Assembly: GCA_965649295.1 (NCBI GenBank)
Contig: CBFGKH010000004.1
Span: 64,001 to 128,000 of the forward strand
From: a candidate division WOR-3 bacterium
Lineage (GTDB): Bacteria > Hydrothermota > Tepidihabitantia > Tepidihabitantales > Tepidihabitantaceae
DNA length: 64,000 bases
Direction: 5' to 3'
In this document: piece by piece, positions 1 through 10,011 of the stretch
Numbering within the stretch: the stretch's first letter is position 1
Layout of the letters: the number at the start of each line of letters is the position of its first letter
The notes under the pieces: model-generated
What the model was told of the DNA's origin: nothing
The model's input: only the letters and a program-made list of their open reading frames with translations
Databases searched by the model: none
Position numbers and translations under genes: made by a program

Positions 1-1
1 G

Positions 2-385
2 CCAGCGATCGACGCCAGTGACAAGGCAACCGTGGTTCGTGCCGATTCTATCCCAACCGACCAAGCCGGGTTCGACATAGGGCCTGATTCCTGTCAGCAG
101 TTTGCCGCTGCTCTGGCCGACGCCGAAACGGTGGTCTGGGCCGGTCCGCTCGGCGTGTTCGAGATCGACGCATTTGCCCATGGCACTGCGGCAGTAGCCC
201 AAGCAATCGCGACCGCCACTGCTCGCGGAGCTACAACCGTGGTCGGTGGTGGCGATACTGGTGCAGCCGTTGCTCGTTTGGGTCTCGCCAACCAAGTTAG
301 CCACATCTCAACGGGCGGTAGCGCCTGTCTCAAGTTTCTCGAAGGGACAGCCTTACCGGCAATCGCAGCCTTAGCCGACAAATGA
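2..385 (+). CDS. pgk: Phosphoglycerate kinase, C-terminal part (runs off window start)
   Basis: DIGP, WAGPLGVFE, VVGGGDT and SHISTGG motifs; directly upstream of tpiA. Confidence 0.97.
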   Translation, partial: PAIDASDKATVVRADSIPTDQAGFDIGPDSCQQFAAALADAETVVWAGPLGVFEIDAFAHGTAAVAQAIATATARGATTVVGGGDTGAAVARLGLANQVSHISTGGSACLKFLEGTALPAIAALADK

Positions 386-1140
386 ATCCTGAACGTCTTC
401 CGTTGATAGCCGGCAACTGGAAAATGAACAAAGGCCCTGCCGCAGCCGGTGAATTTGCTCAGGCTCTTGCTCATAAGTTGAGCACTATTGATGACCGTGA
501 AGTTGCTGTCTTCCCGCCGTTCACTGCCATTCCGGCGGTCGCGGCCCAGCTACGCGGCTCAACCATTGCCTGGGGTGCTCAGAATATGCACTGGGGAGAC
601 TCGGGCGCCTTTACCGGCGAGATTGCTGCAAGTTTCCTAGTCGAACTCGGCTGTCGGTTTGTCATCGTCGGTCACTCTGAACGCCGAACCATCTTTGGCG
701 AAAGCGATACCGACTGCAATCGCAAGATACTGGCAGCACTGCAGGCGGGCCTTGTACCCATCCTCTGCGTCGGCGAGTCACTAGCCGAGCGTGAAGCTGG
801 AACAACTAGCGCCGTCATCGAACAGCAACTCGCCGCCGGCCTGGCTAGTGTCAATCCAAACGCCGAGCTGGTTGTGGCCTACGAACCGGTCTGGGCAATT
901 GGTACCGGTCGCACTGCGACACCCGCCCAGGCAGCGGCAGTTCACGCCCAGATACGCAACTGGCTCAGCCGACAAATCGCTGGCGGTCTGGCCAGCCGAA
1001 CGCGCATTCTCTACGGCGGCAGTGTGACTCCTGAATCGATTGACGCACTGATGGCCGCATCTGAGATTGACGGAGTGTTGGTTGGCGGTGCCAGCCTTCA
1101 CATTGAACGGTTCTGTCGGATTGTCCGTTTCCAGTCATGA
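382..1140 (+). CDS. tpiA: Triosephosphate isomerase
   Basis: AGNWKMN, VGHSERR, AYEPVWAIGTG, LYGGSV, LVGGAS. Confidence 0.99.
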   Translation: MNPERLPLIAGNWKMNKGPAAAGEFAQALAHKLSTIDDREVAVFPPFTAIPAVAAQLRGSTIAWGAQNMHWGDSGAFTGEIAASFLVELGCRFVIVGHSERRTIFGESDTDCNRKILAALQAGLVPILCVGESLAEREAGTTSAVIEQQLAAGLASVNPNAELVVAYEPVWAIGTGRTATPAQAAAVHAQIRNWLSRQIAGGLASRTRILYGGSVTPESIDALMAASEIDGVLVGGASLHIERFCRIVRFQS

Positions 1141-1155
1141 GCTTCCCAGTGCGAC

Positions 1156-1199
1156 TTGACTTCGTTTCCAGCAATAGTAAGCTAGGCTGAATCAAGGAG
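1156..1199 (+). promoter_or_regulatory. sigma70-type promoter and RBS of secG
   Basis: TTGACT(1156-1161)-16 nt-TAAGCT(1178-1183); AAGGAG before ATG 1208. Confidence 0.6.
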
Positions 1200-1207
1200 A
1201 ATCACCG

Positions 1208-1510
1208 ATGTATGGAGTTCTGATCTTCTTCCACCTGCTGGTTGCGGTTCTGCTGGTACTGGTTGTCCTCATACAGCAACCGCAGAAAGGTGGCATGGCA
1301 TCAATTCTTGGCGGCGGCGAGAGCGTTTTCGGCGGTGGCGGCGCTGCCCCGTTTATGGCCAAAGTGACTACCGGCCTGGCAGTTGCCTTCATGGTCACTT
1401 CCCTTGGGTTGGTGCTGATTTCTGCACGACGAGCTCGGCCCAACGTTGTTCCCCGTACTACCCAGAGCCAGCCAACACCCGCTCCCGCCGAACAACCGAT
1501 TGGGAGGTAA
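1208..1510 (+). CDS. secG: Preprotein translocase subunit SecG
   Basis: Two TM helices with a Q..KGG and Gly-rich FGG loop; canonical position after tpiA. Confidence 0.95.
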   Translation: MYGVLIFFHLLVAVLLVLVVLIQQPQKGGMASILGGGESVFGGGGAAPFMAKVTTGLAVAFMVTSLGLVLISARRARPNVVPRTTQSQPTPAPAEQPIGR

Positions 1511-1513
1511 CCA

Positions 1514-1828
1514 ATGTATGCGGTCGTCCGTGTCGCTGGAACCCAGCACCTAGTAAAGGAAGGTGACGTTCTACTAGTCCCCCACCAGCAGGCCGAGCCT
1601 GGAACCACATTGATACTTGACGACATCCTCGCGCTCCACAACGACAAGAGATTCACTATCGGTCAACCACGTATCCCTAGTGCCACAGTTGAGGCTGTGG
1701 TCGTCGATCAACCCCGACTCCCCAAAGTGACAACGATCAAGTTCATTCGTCGCGAGAACTACCGCCGGCGCAAAGGCCACCGTCAGCAAGTGACCAAGGT
1801 CCGCATAACCAGCATCAAAACCGGTTAG
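1514..1828 (+). CDS. rplU: 50S ribosomal protein L21
   Basis: MYAVV..AGTQ..V.EGD N-terminus and YRRRKGHRQ..T C-terminus. Confidence 0.95.
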   Translation: MYAVVRVAGTQHLVKEGDVLLVPHQQAEPGTTLILDDILALHNDKRFTIGQPRIPSATVEAVVVDQPRLPKVTTIKFIRRENYRRRKGHRQQVTKVRITSIKTG

Positions 1829-1858
1829 ACTAGACAATGGCTTCTTTAGGAGTAACCA

Positions 1859-2710
1859 ATGAAGAATAGTGTCTTGCTTAGTACCTTGGCTGTACTGTTC
1901 TGCTTTCTCCCTGTCAGCGCTCAGAATTTGTTGCTGAACGGTCAGTTTTCGTTCTGGAACGGACCACGCCAACCCTTGGGTTGGACGGTGGAAAGTCTGT
2001 CTCTCGCCGGCGTTGACCAGGACAGCTTAACAACCTACTCCGTGCCATATTCCGCACGAATTACCCGCAACGTCGCTGGCACCGGCAGCAACTTCGGGCT
2101 CCGGCAGTACGTTTCGGTCGTCCCCAACACCCGATATACCCTTTCCGCTTGGTGTTACGATGACGACCCCAACGCGCGCGGCGGCATCCTTATTACTTGG
2201 ACACGAGCTGATTCGACATCGCTTGGCAGCACAGCCCCGATCTACAGCGACTCAGCAGTTCACGGTTGGCAGCTACTGTCCGGTAGTTTCACCTCACCGG
2301 ACAGCGCATCCCTGCGCTTTGCGAAAGTATTGATGCGCATCTACGGTTTCACTGGCGGTCCAGCAGGCGGTGTCGTGTACTATGATGACGCCAATTTCGC
2401 AGTCTCAGCGATTGCTGAAGAAAGAGCTTCTATCCTGCTACGCCCCGAATTGAGTATCGGTTCGTCAATCAGCTCTGGCCAAATTCGTGTATCGGTCAAC
2501 CTTCCCCAATCGGCTACCATCACCATCGCTGTCTACGACCTGACTGGAACCCGACGTGCTGAACTCTTCTCCGGCCGTCTGACCACTGGCCACCATGACA
2601 TCGCGATCAGTGCGACGAGCATAGGGGCCCTAGCCAATGGCCTCTATTTCGTCGTAATGGAAGGGGCAGCGCCAACAGCGATCGTCCAGAAGCTTGCGCT
2701 GCAACGGTAG
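1859..2710 (+). CDS. Secreted protein: CBM4/9-like jelly-roll domain plus T9SS-like C-terminal Ig domain
   Basis: Signal peptide (VSA-QNLLLNG.F), V.PNTRYTLSAW and YYDD motifs; CTD with VYDLTG, LANGLYFV and a terminal K..LQR. Confidence 0.65.
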   Translation: MKNSVLLSTLAVLFCFLPVSAQNLLLNGQFSFWNGPRQPLGWTVESLSLAGVDQDSLTTYSVPYSARITRNVAGTGSNFGLRQYVSVVPNTRYTLSAWCYDDDPNARGGILITWTRADSTSLGSTAPIYSDSAVHGWQLLSGSFTSPDSASLRFAKVLMRIYGFTGGPAGGVVYYDDANFAVSAIAEERASILLRPELSIGSSISSGQIRVSVNLPQSATITIAVYDLTGTRRAELFSGRLTTGHHDIAISATSIGALANGLYFVVMEGAAPTAIVQKLALQR

Positions 2711-2716
2711 CCGGAT

Positions 2717-4282
2717 ATGAAGCATCTTTCGCTTCTTATCGCCATATTACTTGTGCTACCTGCACAGGCCCAGCCACAGGGCACACTACTCTGGTCGTTC
2801 GAAGGCAACGACGGCATCTACGCGACGATTGCCATACCCGATGTTGACGGCGATTCGCTACCTGACGCAGTCGGTGCAATCTACTACAGCGCCTACCCAT
2901 CTGACCCACGTAAAGTCTACTGCCTTGCTGGACAAACCGGTGAAACACTCTGGGTCAATCGAACTGCTTACGGCACCTGGGGTAACAAGGGTCTTACTCC
3001 CGCGGCCGATTTCAATCACAATGGGCACCCCGACATTCTGCTCGGAACAACCGGTATGTCCGTGCCACCGGGGAGGTCGTGCATCGCCATTGACGGTCTT
3101 ACCGGACAGAACATCTGGGTCTATTCTCGTGGTGACACTTGGGGCTGGGTCTACTCGGTAAGTAGGTTCGTTGACGTCGACAGCGACGGAACCGACGATG
3201 CCCTTGCTGGCGTTGGTGGTACCTACAATGACCGGTCTGGCCATGCTGTGCTAATCTCTGGCGCCACTGGCCTCCCGATTTGGACATTTCGCATACCTTT
3301 TGACGGGTGCCAAGACATTGCAACGCTATCCGACATCAACAGTGATTCGGTACCAGAGGTTCTTGCCGCGGCTGGCGGCAACAGTCTTGACAATCGCGTC
3401 TTTTGTCTCAGTGGTAGAACCGGCACACCACTCTGGCAGTTTCAGACCAGTGCATCTGTCTCCGATGTATCAGCTATCAGCGACCTGAACGGCTCCGGAA
3501 CACCTGACTGCGTCAGTGGTGGCTGGGATTACTACGTTCGCTGTCTCGAAGGTTCTACTGGCGCGCTGATCTGGAGTTCATACCTCGGGTCGGGTCGTAT
3601 CGTGATGGAACTCGTGCCGATACGCGACGTCAACTCCGACGGGCTGGACGATGTTGTCGTTGGTTCGTGGAGCAACCAAGTTACCGTACTTTCCGGTGCG
3701 AACGGGTCAGCTATCTGGTCAGGCATTGTCGGCGCTGATGTCTGGACAGTTGACACTCTTGCTGACGTAACTGGTGATTCGATCCCTGAAGTCGTGGCTG
3801 GCTGTCTCGGCAGCGGCAACGGCGTGGTCAAAGTATTTGACGGTACCAATGGAGTCGCGCTCTGGCAGTACAACTTCGCTGAACGTGTCTACGATGTTAC
3901 TGGTGCACCTGACATGAACGGCGACGGTTGGCCTGATGTACTCGTTGGTCTCCAGGACCACGAGAACCTAGCTGACCATTTCTACTGTTTCAGTGGCCGG
4001 CCGCCGACCGCCACCAACGAAGCTGACATTTTCTCATTGCGTTTGACAAGCAGCCCAAATCCCACCCGTCAACCAATGCTGGTTCTCAACGTTTCCGCGC
4101 CGATCGAGTACAGAATGACCGTATTCGATCCGACTGGAAGACAACTCGCTGTCACCACGGGAACTGCCAACGTTGGTACCGATTCAGTGATTCGGCTCCC
4201 AGCCACTGGTCGCGGGACGCGTTTTGTTCAACTAACTCTAGCTGATGGCCACAGGGCCACAGTCAAATTGATTTCGCCATGA
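2717..4282 (+). CDS. Secreted FG-GAP/PQQ-like beta-propeller repeat protein with C-terminal sorting-like domain
   Basis: Signal peptide; about 8 DxDGDxxPD-type repeats alternating with G.TG..(I/L)W; SPNP...VFDPTGR...K CTD. Confidence 0.8.
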   Translation: MKHLSLLIAILLVLPAQAQPQGTLLWSFEGNDGIYATIAIPDVDGDSLPDAVGAIYYSAYPSDPRKVYCLAGQTGETLWVNRTAYGTWGNKGLTPAADFNHNGHPDILLGTTGMSVPPGRSCIAIDGLTGQNIWVYSRGDTWGWVYSVSRFVDVDSDGTDDALAGVGGTYNDRSGHAVLISGATGLPIWTFRIPFDGCQDIATLSDINSDSVPEVLAAAGGNSLDNRVFCLSGRTGTPLWQFQTSASVSDVSAISDLNGSGTPDCVSGGWDYYVRCLEGSTGALIWSSYLGSGRIVMELVPIRDVNSDGLDDVVVGSWSNQVTVLSGANGSAIWSGIVGADVWTVDTLADVTGDSIPEVVAGCLGSGNGVVKVFDGTNGVALWQYNFAERVYDVTGAPDMNGDGWPDVLVGLQDHENLADHFYCFSGRPPTATNEADIFSLRLTSSPNPTRQPMLVLNVSAPIEYRMTVFDPTGRQLAVTTGTANVGTDSVIRLPATGRGTRFVQLTLADGHRATVKLISP

Positions 4283-4322
4283 GAAGCAAAAAAGCTCACC
4301 GACCAACTCGAAAGGAACTCCA

Positions 4323-4823
4323 ATGGAACAGACTGCTCTTGCCAAGATAGAAAAACTAGGGAAGGCGGTCCTGAACATGACTCAGGCCGACCTTGCTCGT
4401 GCCGTCGGCGTCTCGCGGGAGAGAATCCGTCAGTTGCTTCCGCGCATGAAGATCAAGCCTGGCAAACGTGTCCGCGCTTGGCATCGATCGGTGTCTCGCA
4501 AAGTCTGCGAGGCCATGGCCCGACTTCATGACCAAGGCATGTCACTTACCGCCATCGGCAAGCGCTACAATGTCAGTGACTATCACGTGCGTGAGGCCAT
4601 TCGTCAGGTTCGCCCCACCATCGACCCTGCCGGTCGCATTCAGCGTCAGGTACGTCAGCGCCAGATTCGCGAGCTCCTTGACCGAGGCCTAACTTTTGAA
4701 CAGGCGTGCGACAAGCTTGGTTTCAGCGGGTTACAGCGCCGACGCTATCGCCGCCAGATGGGCTTTAAGTGGCAGGGTACCAAGACGGTCGCCGCGACAC
4801 GCCCAAAGTCCCGACGCAGCTAA
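4323..4823 (+). CDS. Basic protein with three tandem helix-turn-helix motifs
   Basis: TQADLARAVGVSRERIRQ, GMSLTAIGKRYNVS, GLTFEQACDKLGFS; AAGGA RBS. Confidence 0.7.
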   Translation: MEQTALAKIEKLGKAVLNMTQADLARAVGVSRERIRQLLPRMKIKPGKRVRAWHRSVSRKVCEAMARLHDQGMSLTAIGKRYNVSDYHVREAIRQVRPTIDPAGRIQRQVRQRQIRELLDRGLTFEQACDKLGFSGLQRRRYRRQMGFKWQGTKTVAATRPKSRRS

Positions 4824-4842
4824 CACTCCGAATAGCTATCCA

Positions 4843-4872
4843 TGGCGGCCCGCGATAGTTTGCGGGCCGCCA
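4843..4872. terminator. GC-rich hairpin between convergent HTH gene and tRNA
   Basis: TGGCGGCCCGC ... GCGGGCCGCCA perfect 11-bp inverted repeat. Confidence 0.65.
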
Positions 4873-4882
4873 GATACCACAG

Positions 4883-4956
4883 TGGGCGATACTAGAGTCG
4901 AACTAGTGACCTCTGGTATGTGAGACCAGCGCTCTAACCAACTGAGCTAATCGCCC
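4883..4956 (-). tRNA. tRNA-Val(CAC); CCA not encoded
   Basis: Reverse complement GGGCGATTAGCTCAGTTGGTTAGAGCGCTGGTCT-CAC-ATACCAGAGGTCACTAGTTCGACTCTAGTATCGCCCA folds as a cloverleaf. Confidence 0.97.
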
Positions 4957-4970
4957 TCGTTTTGATGAGA

Positions 4971-4998
4971 ATTGTAGTCGACCAGTGTAACCTGTCAA
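4971..4998 (-). promoter_or_regulatory. sigma70-type promoter of tRNA-Val
   Basis: TTGACA-16 nt-TACAAT on minus strand; the -35 overlaps the stop codon of the TPR gene. Confidence 0.75.
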
Positions 4999-7001
4999 TC
5001 TGTCGGCGGCTGCTCATCCAACACGTTGATCGCCCGCCCGGCCCCCGGTAGCTGCGCCAGGGCGGCGTTCACACGTTCGATGCCGCGCCGGTCATCAAGA
5101 CGAACAAAGATTCGCAATGAACGCTGCAATCGGTCGCGAGCGCCTTCGACATCTCCCAGTTCGAAGAGAACCTGGGCCAGTTCAATCAGCAATCCGGCCC
5201 GCAAGCGGTCTTCACCCATCTCATCACAGAGCCGCAACGCTCGCTGGTAATTGTCCTTTGACAGACCGTGTTCACCTCGCACTCGATTCAAAGAGCCAAT
5301 TTGTCCGAGAATGTGCGCCTGCATCAATCGGTCACCAGCACTGTACGCTAGCCGTAGCGCATCCTCTAGCCGTTCACGAGCCTCATCGAGCCGACCAGCA
5401 TTCTCCAGCGCCATTCCAAGGCTAACCAAGTCACGGGCCTGGTGGAAACGATCATTGATTCGTCTATGACGTTCCAAAGCTACGGCGTAGGCGGAAACTG
5501 CGGCCTCCCAATCACGTTCGGCACTCTTGACCTCGCCAAGCTCAACATAAGCCGCGGCCAGCAACCGATCATCGCCGGCGCTCGCGGCAATCGATCGACT
5601 ACGTTCAACACTAGTAATCGCAGCTGCAAGCTGACCTGAGGCACGCTGCGCCCGAGCCAGTTCGAGCAATTGTTCGGCCTCAACAATCTCATCGCCAATT
5701 CTGCAGGTGACTGCCAAAGCCTGCTTAAGGCTGGCTACGGCTGCCTGTGCGTCGCCTCTACCAACCTGGGCACGGCCAATGCCCGCCAGGTCCTGACCAA
5801 CCTCCCGGACACGTCCGGCCCGCTGGTCGAGGTCGAGGGCCTCGTTGTAAAGCTCGATTGCCCGGTCGTACTCATTATGATCGCAGCAACTGCTAGCCAG
5901 CCGACGCAGGTCACAGCTGACCATTTCGTCGTCACCAGCAGCCCGTGCTACTGCCAGGGAACGTTCAAAGTACTCATCGGCTGCCTGCTGTTCATGGGCC
6001 TGGAGATGAAACAATCCGAGCTCGTGCAGCACACGCCCCAAACCGACCTTAAGCTGCAGTGCCTCATATATGCGATGCGCCGATTCTAGCAATTCCCGTG
6101 CCCGCCGGAGATCGTTCAGTTGACGCCAAATGCTGCCCAAGGCCAGTAGTCGATCAGCTTCTGCTTGTCGATCATTGCTCTGCCGCGCAAGCCGCAGTCC
6201 GGTTTCGTGTGCAGCTCGCGCCTGCACGACGTCACCTAACGATAACAGCAGATTCCCAATAACCCCTTGTTGTCTGGCGGCGCGTGAACGCTCACCACTG
6301 CGCTCTAAAACCGAGGCAATCCGACGATGATAGCTAAGTGCCTCATCGAAGTGCTTGTTTCTCTCGGCATCGGCCGCAAGCCGACCAAGTGCTTCAACCT
6401 CAAATTCGACCAAATCTAGCCGCCGCGCCAAAGCTGCCGCCTCACGGAGGCGCCGCCGAGTCTCGTTTTGCGAGGTCACCGCCAGAGTCGACGTCGAGCT
6501 GGCGAGTAGCGCTGCGCAGGTAGCTGAAAGATCGATGCCGGCTCGCGCTTCCCGCAGCGCTGTCTCAAGCTGAACAACAGCTTGACTATTGTGCCCGAGG
6601 TGAGCTTCACATGCCGCCACCAACAACCGTAACGCGATTCTCTCGGAGCCACGTGCTTGCTCACTGGCGGCAAGCCAACGGTCACGGGCCCGGTCCCATT
6701 GACCTCGTGACACCAACGCAACCCCATCCTCAAATGAACTCAATAGACCATGATCGCTAGTAGCCGGCAATCCGTCCAAGAAGAGCATGCCGAGTACACG
6801 ACGGACGGCTGCCAGTCGTTCAACATACTTGCGGCTCACGCTAACTTCGAGACGAGCAAGTCGCACAAGTAGATCATGAGCCGCGCCTGCAGCATGCCTG
6901 CGGCCAAGCATGTAGAAACAGCAGCTGCTGGCCGCCCCCAGAATCAACCCAAGAATGACTACGAGAACCATCCTAGCTCCGGCTGTCGAGGAAAATGCCA
7001 C
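4995..7001 (-). CDS. Membrane-anchored tetratricopeptide-repeat protein
   Basis: N-terminal hydrophobic helix then about a dozen ~40-aa TPR-like units (LG......G....A......AL). Confidence 0.85.
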   Translation of the reverse strand: MAFSSTAGARMVLVVILGLILGAASSCCFYMLGRRHAAGAAHDLLVRLARLEVSVSRKYVERLAAVRRVLGMLFLDGLPATSDHGLLSSFEDGVALVSRGQWDRARDRWLAASEQARGSERIALRLLVAACEAHLGHNSQAVVQLETALREARAGIDLSATCAALLASSTSTLAVTSQNETRRRLREAAALARRLDLVEFEVEALGRLAADAERNKHFDEALSYHRRIASVLERSGERSRAARQQGVIGNLLLSLGDVVQARAAHETGLRLARQSNDRQAEADRLLALGSIWRQLNDLRRARELLESAHRIYEALQLKVGLGRVLHELGLFHLQAHEQQAADEYFERSLAVARAAGDDEMVSCDLRRLASSCCDHNEYDRAIELYNEALDLDQRAGRVREVGQDLAGIGRAQVGRGDAQAAVASLKQALAVTCRIGDEIVEAEQLLELARAQRASGQLAAAITSVERSRSIAASAGDDRLLAAAYVELGEVKSAERDWEAAVSAYAVALERHRRINDRFHQARDLVSLGMALENAGRLDEARERLEDALRLAYSAGDRLMQAHILGQIGSLNRVRGEHGLSKDNYQRALRLCDEMGEDRLRAGLLIELAQVLFELGDVEGARDRLQRSLRIFVRLDDRRGIERVNAALAQLPGAGRAINVLDEQPPTD

Positions 7002-7287
7002 ATGATCGTAACTCCCTGCCCGCTACATCTGCCCCAGTGCCAACCTCCGTATCGTCGATGCGAAAAATCAGGCTTAGCTCTTGACGAGCCAAGGATAAAT
7101 CGACAGAACATTGCTAGATGATCGCCGTGGTACAATGCCCAGACCGGTACTTGGCCATGCGACCAGCGGCCAACAATGTCCACTCCAGTTATCACTATCA
7201 CCTCAGCCTAAACCTCACTGATATCTCCATTACGGCTAATCCATCTTGTTTGGCTTGACTGACCCGCTTTCCGCTCTACACTGACTC

Positions 7288-7665
7288 ATGAGTCAGAAAC
7301 ACATTATGGTGATTGATGATGACCCAGGGGTCAGGATGCTGCTGCGCAAAATGCTTGAATCGGCGGGATATCGCGTAACCGAAGCAAAGAACGCTCTTGA
7401 GGTATTCTCTGCTGACCCGAAGAATCCCCCGGACCTGCTGATACTCGACATTCAGATGCCCGGTATCAGTGGCCATCAGGTACTCTCAAGTTTCAAGGGT
7501 GACCCGAACTTTCGCGCCCCGATTATTGTCCTAACGGGATTAGCTGATCCCGAACATGGACGGGCAGCTTTGCGCGAAGGCGCAGATGCCTTCATGACCA
7601 AACCCGCCAACCGCGAGCAACTCCTGGCCAAGATTCAGGAACTTCTCAGCCGCAGTTCGACATAG
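7288..7665 (+). CDS. Single-domain response regulator (CheY-like receiver)
   Basis: IDDD, PDLLILDIQMP, VLTG and FMTKP receiver motifs. Confidence 0.95.
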   Translation: MSQKHIMVIDDDPGVRMLLRKMLESAGYRVTEAKNALEVFSADPKNPPDLLILDIQMPGISGHQVLSSFKGDPNFRAPIIVLTGLADPEHGRAALREGADAFMTKPANREQLLAKIQELLSRSST

Positions 7666-7714
7666 ACCAAAAGAAACGACAGCGGTTTTCATCGGAGTCA
7701 GATCAGTAGAGTAG

Positions 7715-8845
7715 CTAGGGGTTTACCGTTGCAACGTACACCTGCCCCTCCTTGGTGTACTGAAGCACTACAGCGCTCTTGATCGGATTGCCCTGCGCAT
7801 CGAAGGTGATGCGTCCCGACACGCACGGGTAGTCGGTTATCCTCTGAAGCGCTGCTCTAATGGCATCTGGTTTCGGTTCCGGTGCTGTACGAAGTGCCTC
7901 GATTAACAAACGAGCCGCGTCATAGCCAAGAGTAGCTAGCGCGTCTGGCCTGCGACCATATTTGGCTCGATACTTCTCAACCCAGTGTTGGACCTCGCTC
8001 CGTGGATCGTCTGGCGAATAGTGATTCGTGAAGTAACCACCCAGTATCGCTTCCCCAGCGATCTGAACCATCTCTTCGGAATCCCAACCATCCCCCCCCA
8101 GCAGCTTCGCACCAATTCCAATCTGGCGAGCCTGTTTAGCAATCAGCCCAACCTTGTTGTAATAGTCAGGCAAAAACAGAACATCAGGGTCAGCCAGCTT
8201 TACTTTGGTCAATATAGCCGAGAAATCAACATCATCCTTGGCATAAGACTCAAAGACTAACACTCGCCCTCCACCGGCAGTGAACGCCTCGCGGAAGTAA
8301 TCAGCAAGCCCTTTCGAGTAATCATTGCCAACGTCATAGATAACCGCCGCTGTCTTCGCGTTGAGGTTATCAAGAGCGAAACGTGCGCCGACTGTCCCTT
8401 GGAAGGGATCAATGAAACACGCCCGGAACACAAACTCTTTGCGTTTGCCGTCTTCAGCCACCGTTATCTTTGGGTTCGTTGAGGTTGGCGTAATCATTGG
8501 TATCTTTGCCGACTGACACTTATCCGACAACGGCGCTGAACATTTGGAGGAAACCGAACCCAGGATCGCCACGACCTGGTCCATATCGATAAGTTTCGCC
8601 CCGGCATTCGACGCCTCTGTTGGATCGTTCTTGTCATCGGCTGCGATTACCTGAATGCGACGCCCGCCCACGCCGCCTCCCGCGTTCGCTTCGTCGAAAG
8701 CAAGCATCGCCCCGTTGCGGGTAGATTCACCAAACGTCTTAACATCGCCGGTGAGTGGCACGACAAGCCCAATCCTAATTGTCTCACTACCACCACAGGA
8801 TACCACAGCAACCGTAGCGATCAGCACGATCAGTATTCTATACAT
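7715..8845 (-). CDS. Branched-chain amino-acid ABC transporter substrate-binding lipoprotein (LivK/LivJ family)
   Basis: Lipobox VVSC; IGLVVPLTG, FRACFIDPFQG, LGGDGWDS. Confidence 0.9.
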   Translation of the reverse strand: MYRILIVLIATVAVVSCGGSETIRIGLVVPLTGDVKTFGESTRNGAMLAFDEANAGGGVGGRRIQVIAADDKNDPTEASNAGAKLIDMDQVVAILGSVSSKCSAPLSDKCQSAKIPMITPTSTNPKITVAEDGKRKEFVFRACFIDPFQGTVGARFALDNLNAKTAAVIYDVGNDYSKGLADYFREAFTAGGGRVLVFESYAKDDVDFSAILTKVKLADPDVLFLPDYYNKVGLIAKQARQIGIGAKLLGGDGWDSEEMVQIAGEAILGGYFTNHYSPDDPRSEVQHWVEKYRAKYGRRPDALATLGYDAARLLIEALRTAPEPKPDAIRAALQRITDYPCVSGRITFDAQGNPIKSAVVLQYTKEGQVYVATVNP

Positions 8846-8847
8846 CT

Positions 8848-9999
8848 CTACTCCTCATCTAGTGCTAGAGTATCGGTACCCGCCGTATCGGTTGAACGAT
8901 ACCGAGCAAGAAACCGATTGCTCCATTCTCTTACACAGCCATCAAGCAGAGCAGACCTCACTCCTTTCATCAAACCCTGGTAGAAACATATGTTGTGCAG
9001 AGTTAACAAGCGAGGCCCAAGCGCCTCACCAGCAATAAAGAGATGACGCAAATAGGCTCGCGAGAATGTGCGACAGACGTAACAATTGCAGTTCCCATCA
9101 AGCGGAGCTGAATCAGTGGCATAGCGAGCATTACGAATGACAACGCGCCCACCACTTGTGAATGCTGTACCGGTGCGACCGTTGCGAGTTGGCAAAACAC
9201 AGTCAAACATGTCTATTCCCTCGGCAACTGCTGTCAAGATATCTTCAGGATAACCGGCGCCCATCAAATAGCGGGGGCGGTCAGTGGGTAGAAACCTCAC
9301 TGTTTCACTGATAATCTCATAAGTAACGGTTGGTGGCTCACCCAGGCATAACCCACCTATCGCATAACCAGGCAAGTCAATATCAACCAACTCAAGAGCG
9401 CTCTGACGCCGCAGGTCCCGATAGGTCGCACCTTGTACAATACCAAACAGATTCGTCTCCGCAGCCACCACGGCCGCACTTGCCCGCGCCCAAAGTGTAG
9501 TCCGCGCCACCGACTCTTCAGCAACAGTTCGTGACGTTGGAAACGACGGGCACTGATCAAGGCACATTGCAATATCTGACCCCAGCGTCTCCTGAATTCG
9601 AATCACGCCCTCGGGGGTGAAGAAATGGCGACTACCGTCAATGTGAGACTGAAACAATACCCCCTCATCAGAAACCCGGCTGAGGCTAGCCAGTGAATAA
9701 ACCTGAAAACCGCCCGAATCTGTCAGCACCGGTCGACGCCAGCCACTGAACCGTTGAATGCCTCCAAGCGCCCGGATACGCTCGGCACCAGGCCGCAGAT
9801 GCAGATGGTACGTGTTACAAACAATTATCTCGGTGCCCGATTCCACTAGCTCGTTGGGTGTCAGAGTCTTGACAGTTCCCTGAGTAGCCACAGGCATGAA
9901 ACAAGGCGTGTTAACTATTCCATTGGGCAGAAACAAGACACCCAGTCGTGCAAAGCAATCTGTCGCGGTACGCGTGATCGAGAAACCTAATGTCGGCAT
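8848..9999 (-). CDS. tgt: tRNA-guanine transglycosylase
   Basis: TPCFMPVAT, NTYHL, TDSGGFQ, GIVQG, DMFDCV.PTRNGR, CxCxxC zinc site. Confidence 0.98.
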   Translation of the reverse strand: MPTLGFSITRTATDCFARLGVLFLPNGIVNTPCFMPVATQGTVKTLTPNELVESGTEIIVCNTYHLHLRPGAERIRALGGIQRFSGWRRPVLTDSGGFQVYSLASLSRVSDEGVLFQSHIDGSRHFFTPEGVIRIQETLGSDIAMCLDQCPSFPTSRTVAEESVARTTLWARASAAVVAAETNLFGIVQGATYRDLRRQSALELVDIDLPGYAIGGLCLGEPPTVTYEIISETVRFLPTDRPRYLMGAGYPEDILTAVAEGIDMFDCVLPTRNGRTGTAFTSGGRVVIRNARYATDSAPLDGNCNCYVCRTFSRAYLRHLFIAGEALGPRLLTLHNICFYQGLMKGVRSALLDGCVREWSNRFLARYRSTDTAGTDTLALDEE

Positions 10000-10011
10000 C
10001 GACGAACTGAG

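Noticed and set aside
7030..7055. sigma54 promoter upstream of the TPR gene
   Set aside because: TTGGCAC is present on the minus strand but the -12 TTGC is missing at the required spacing.
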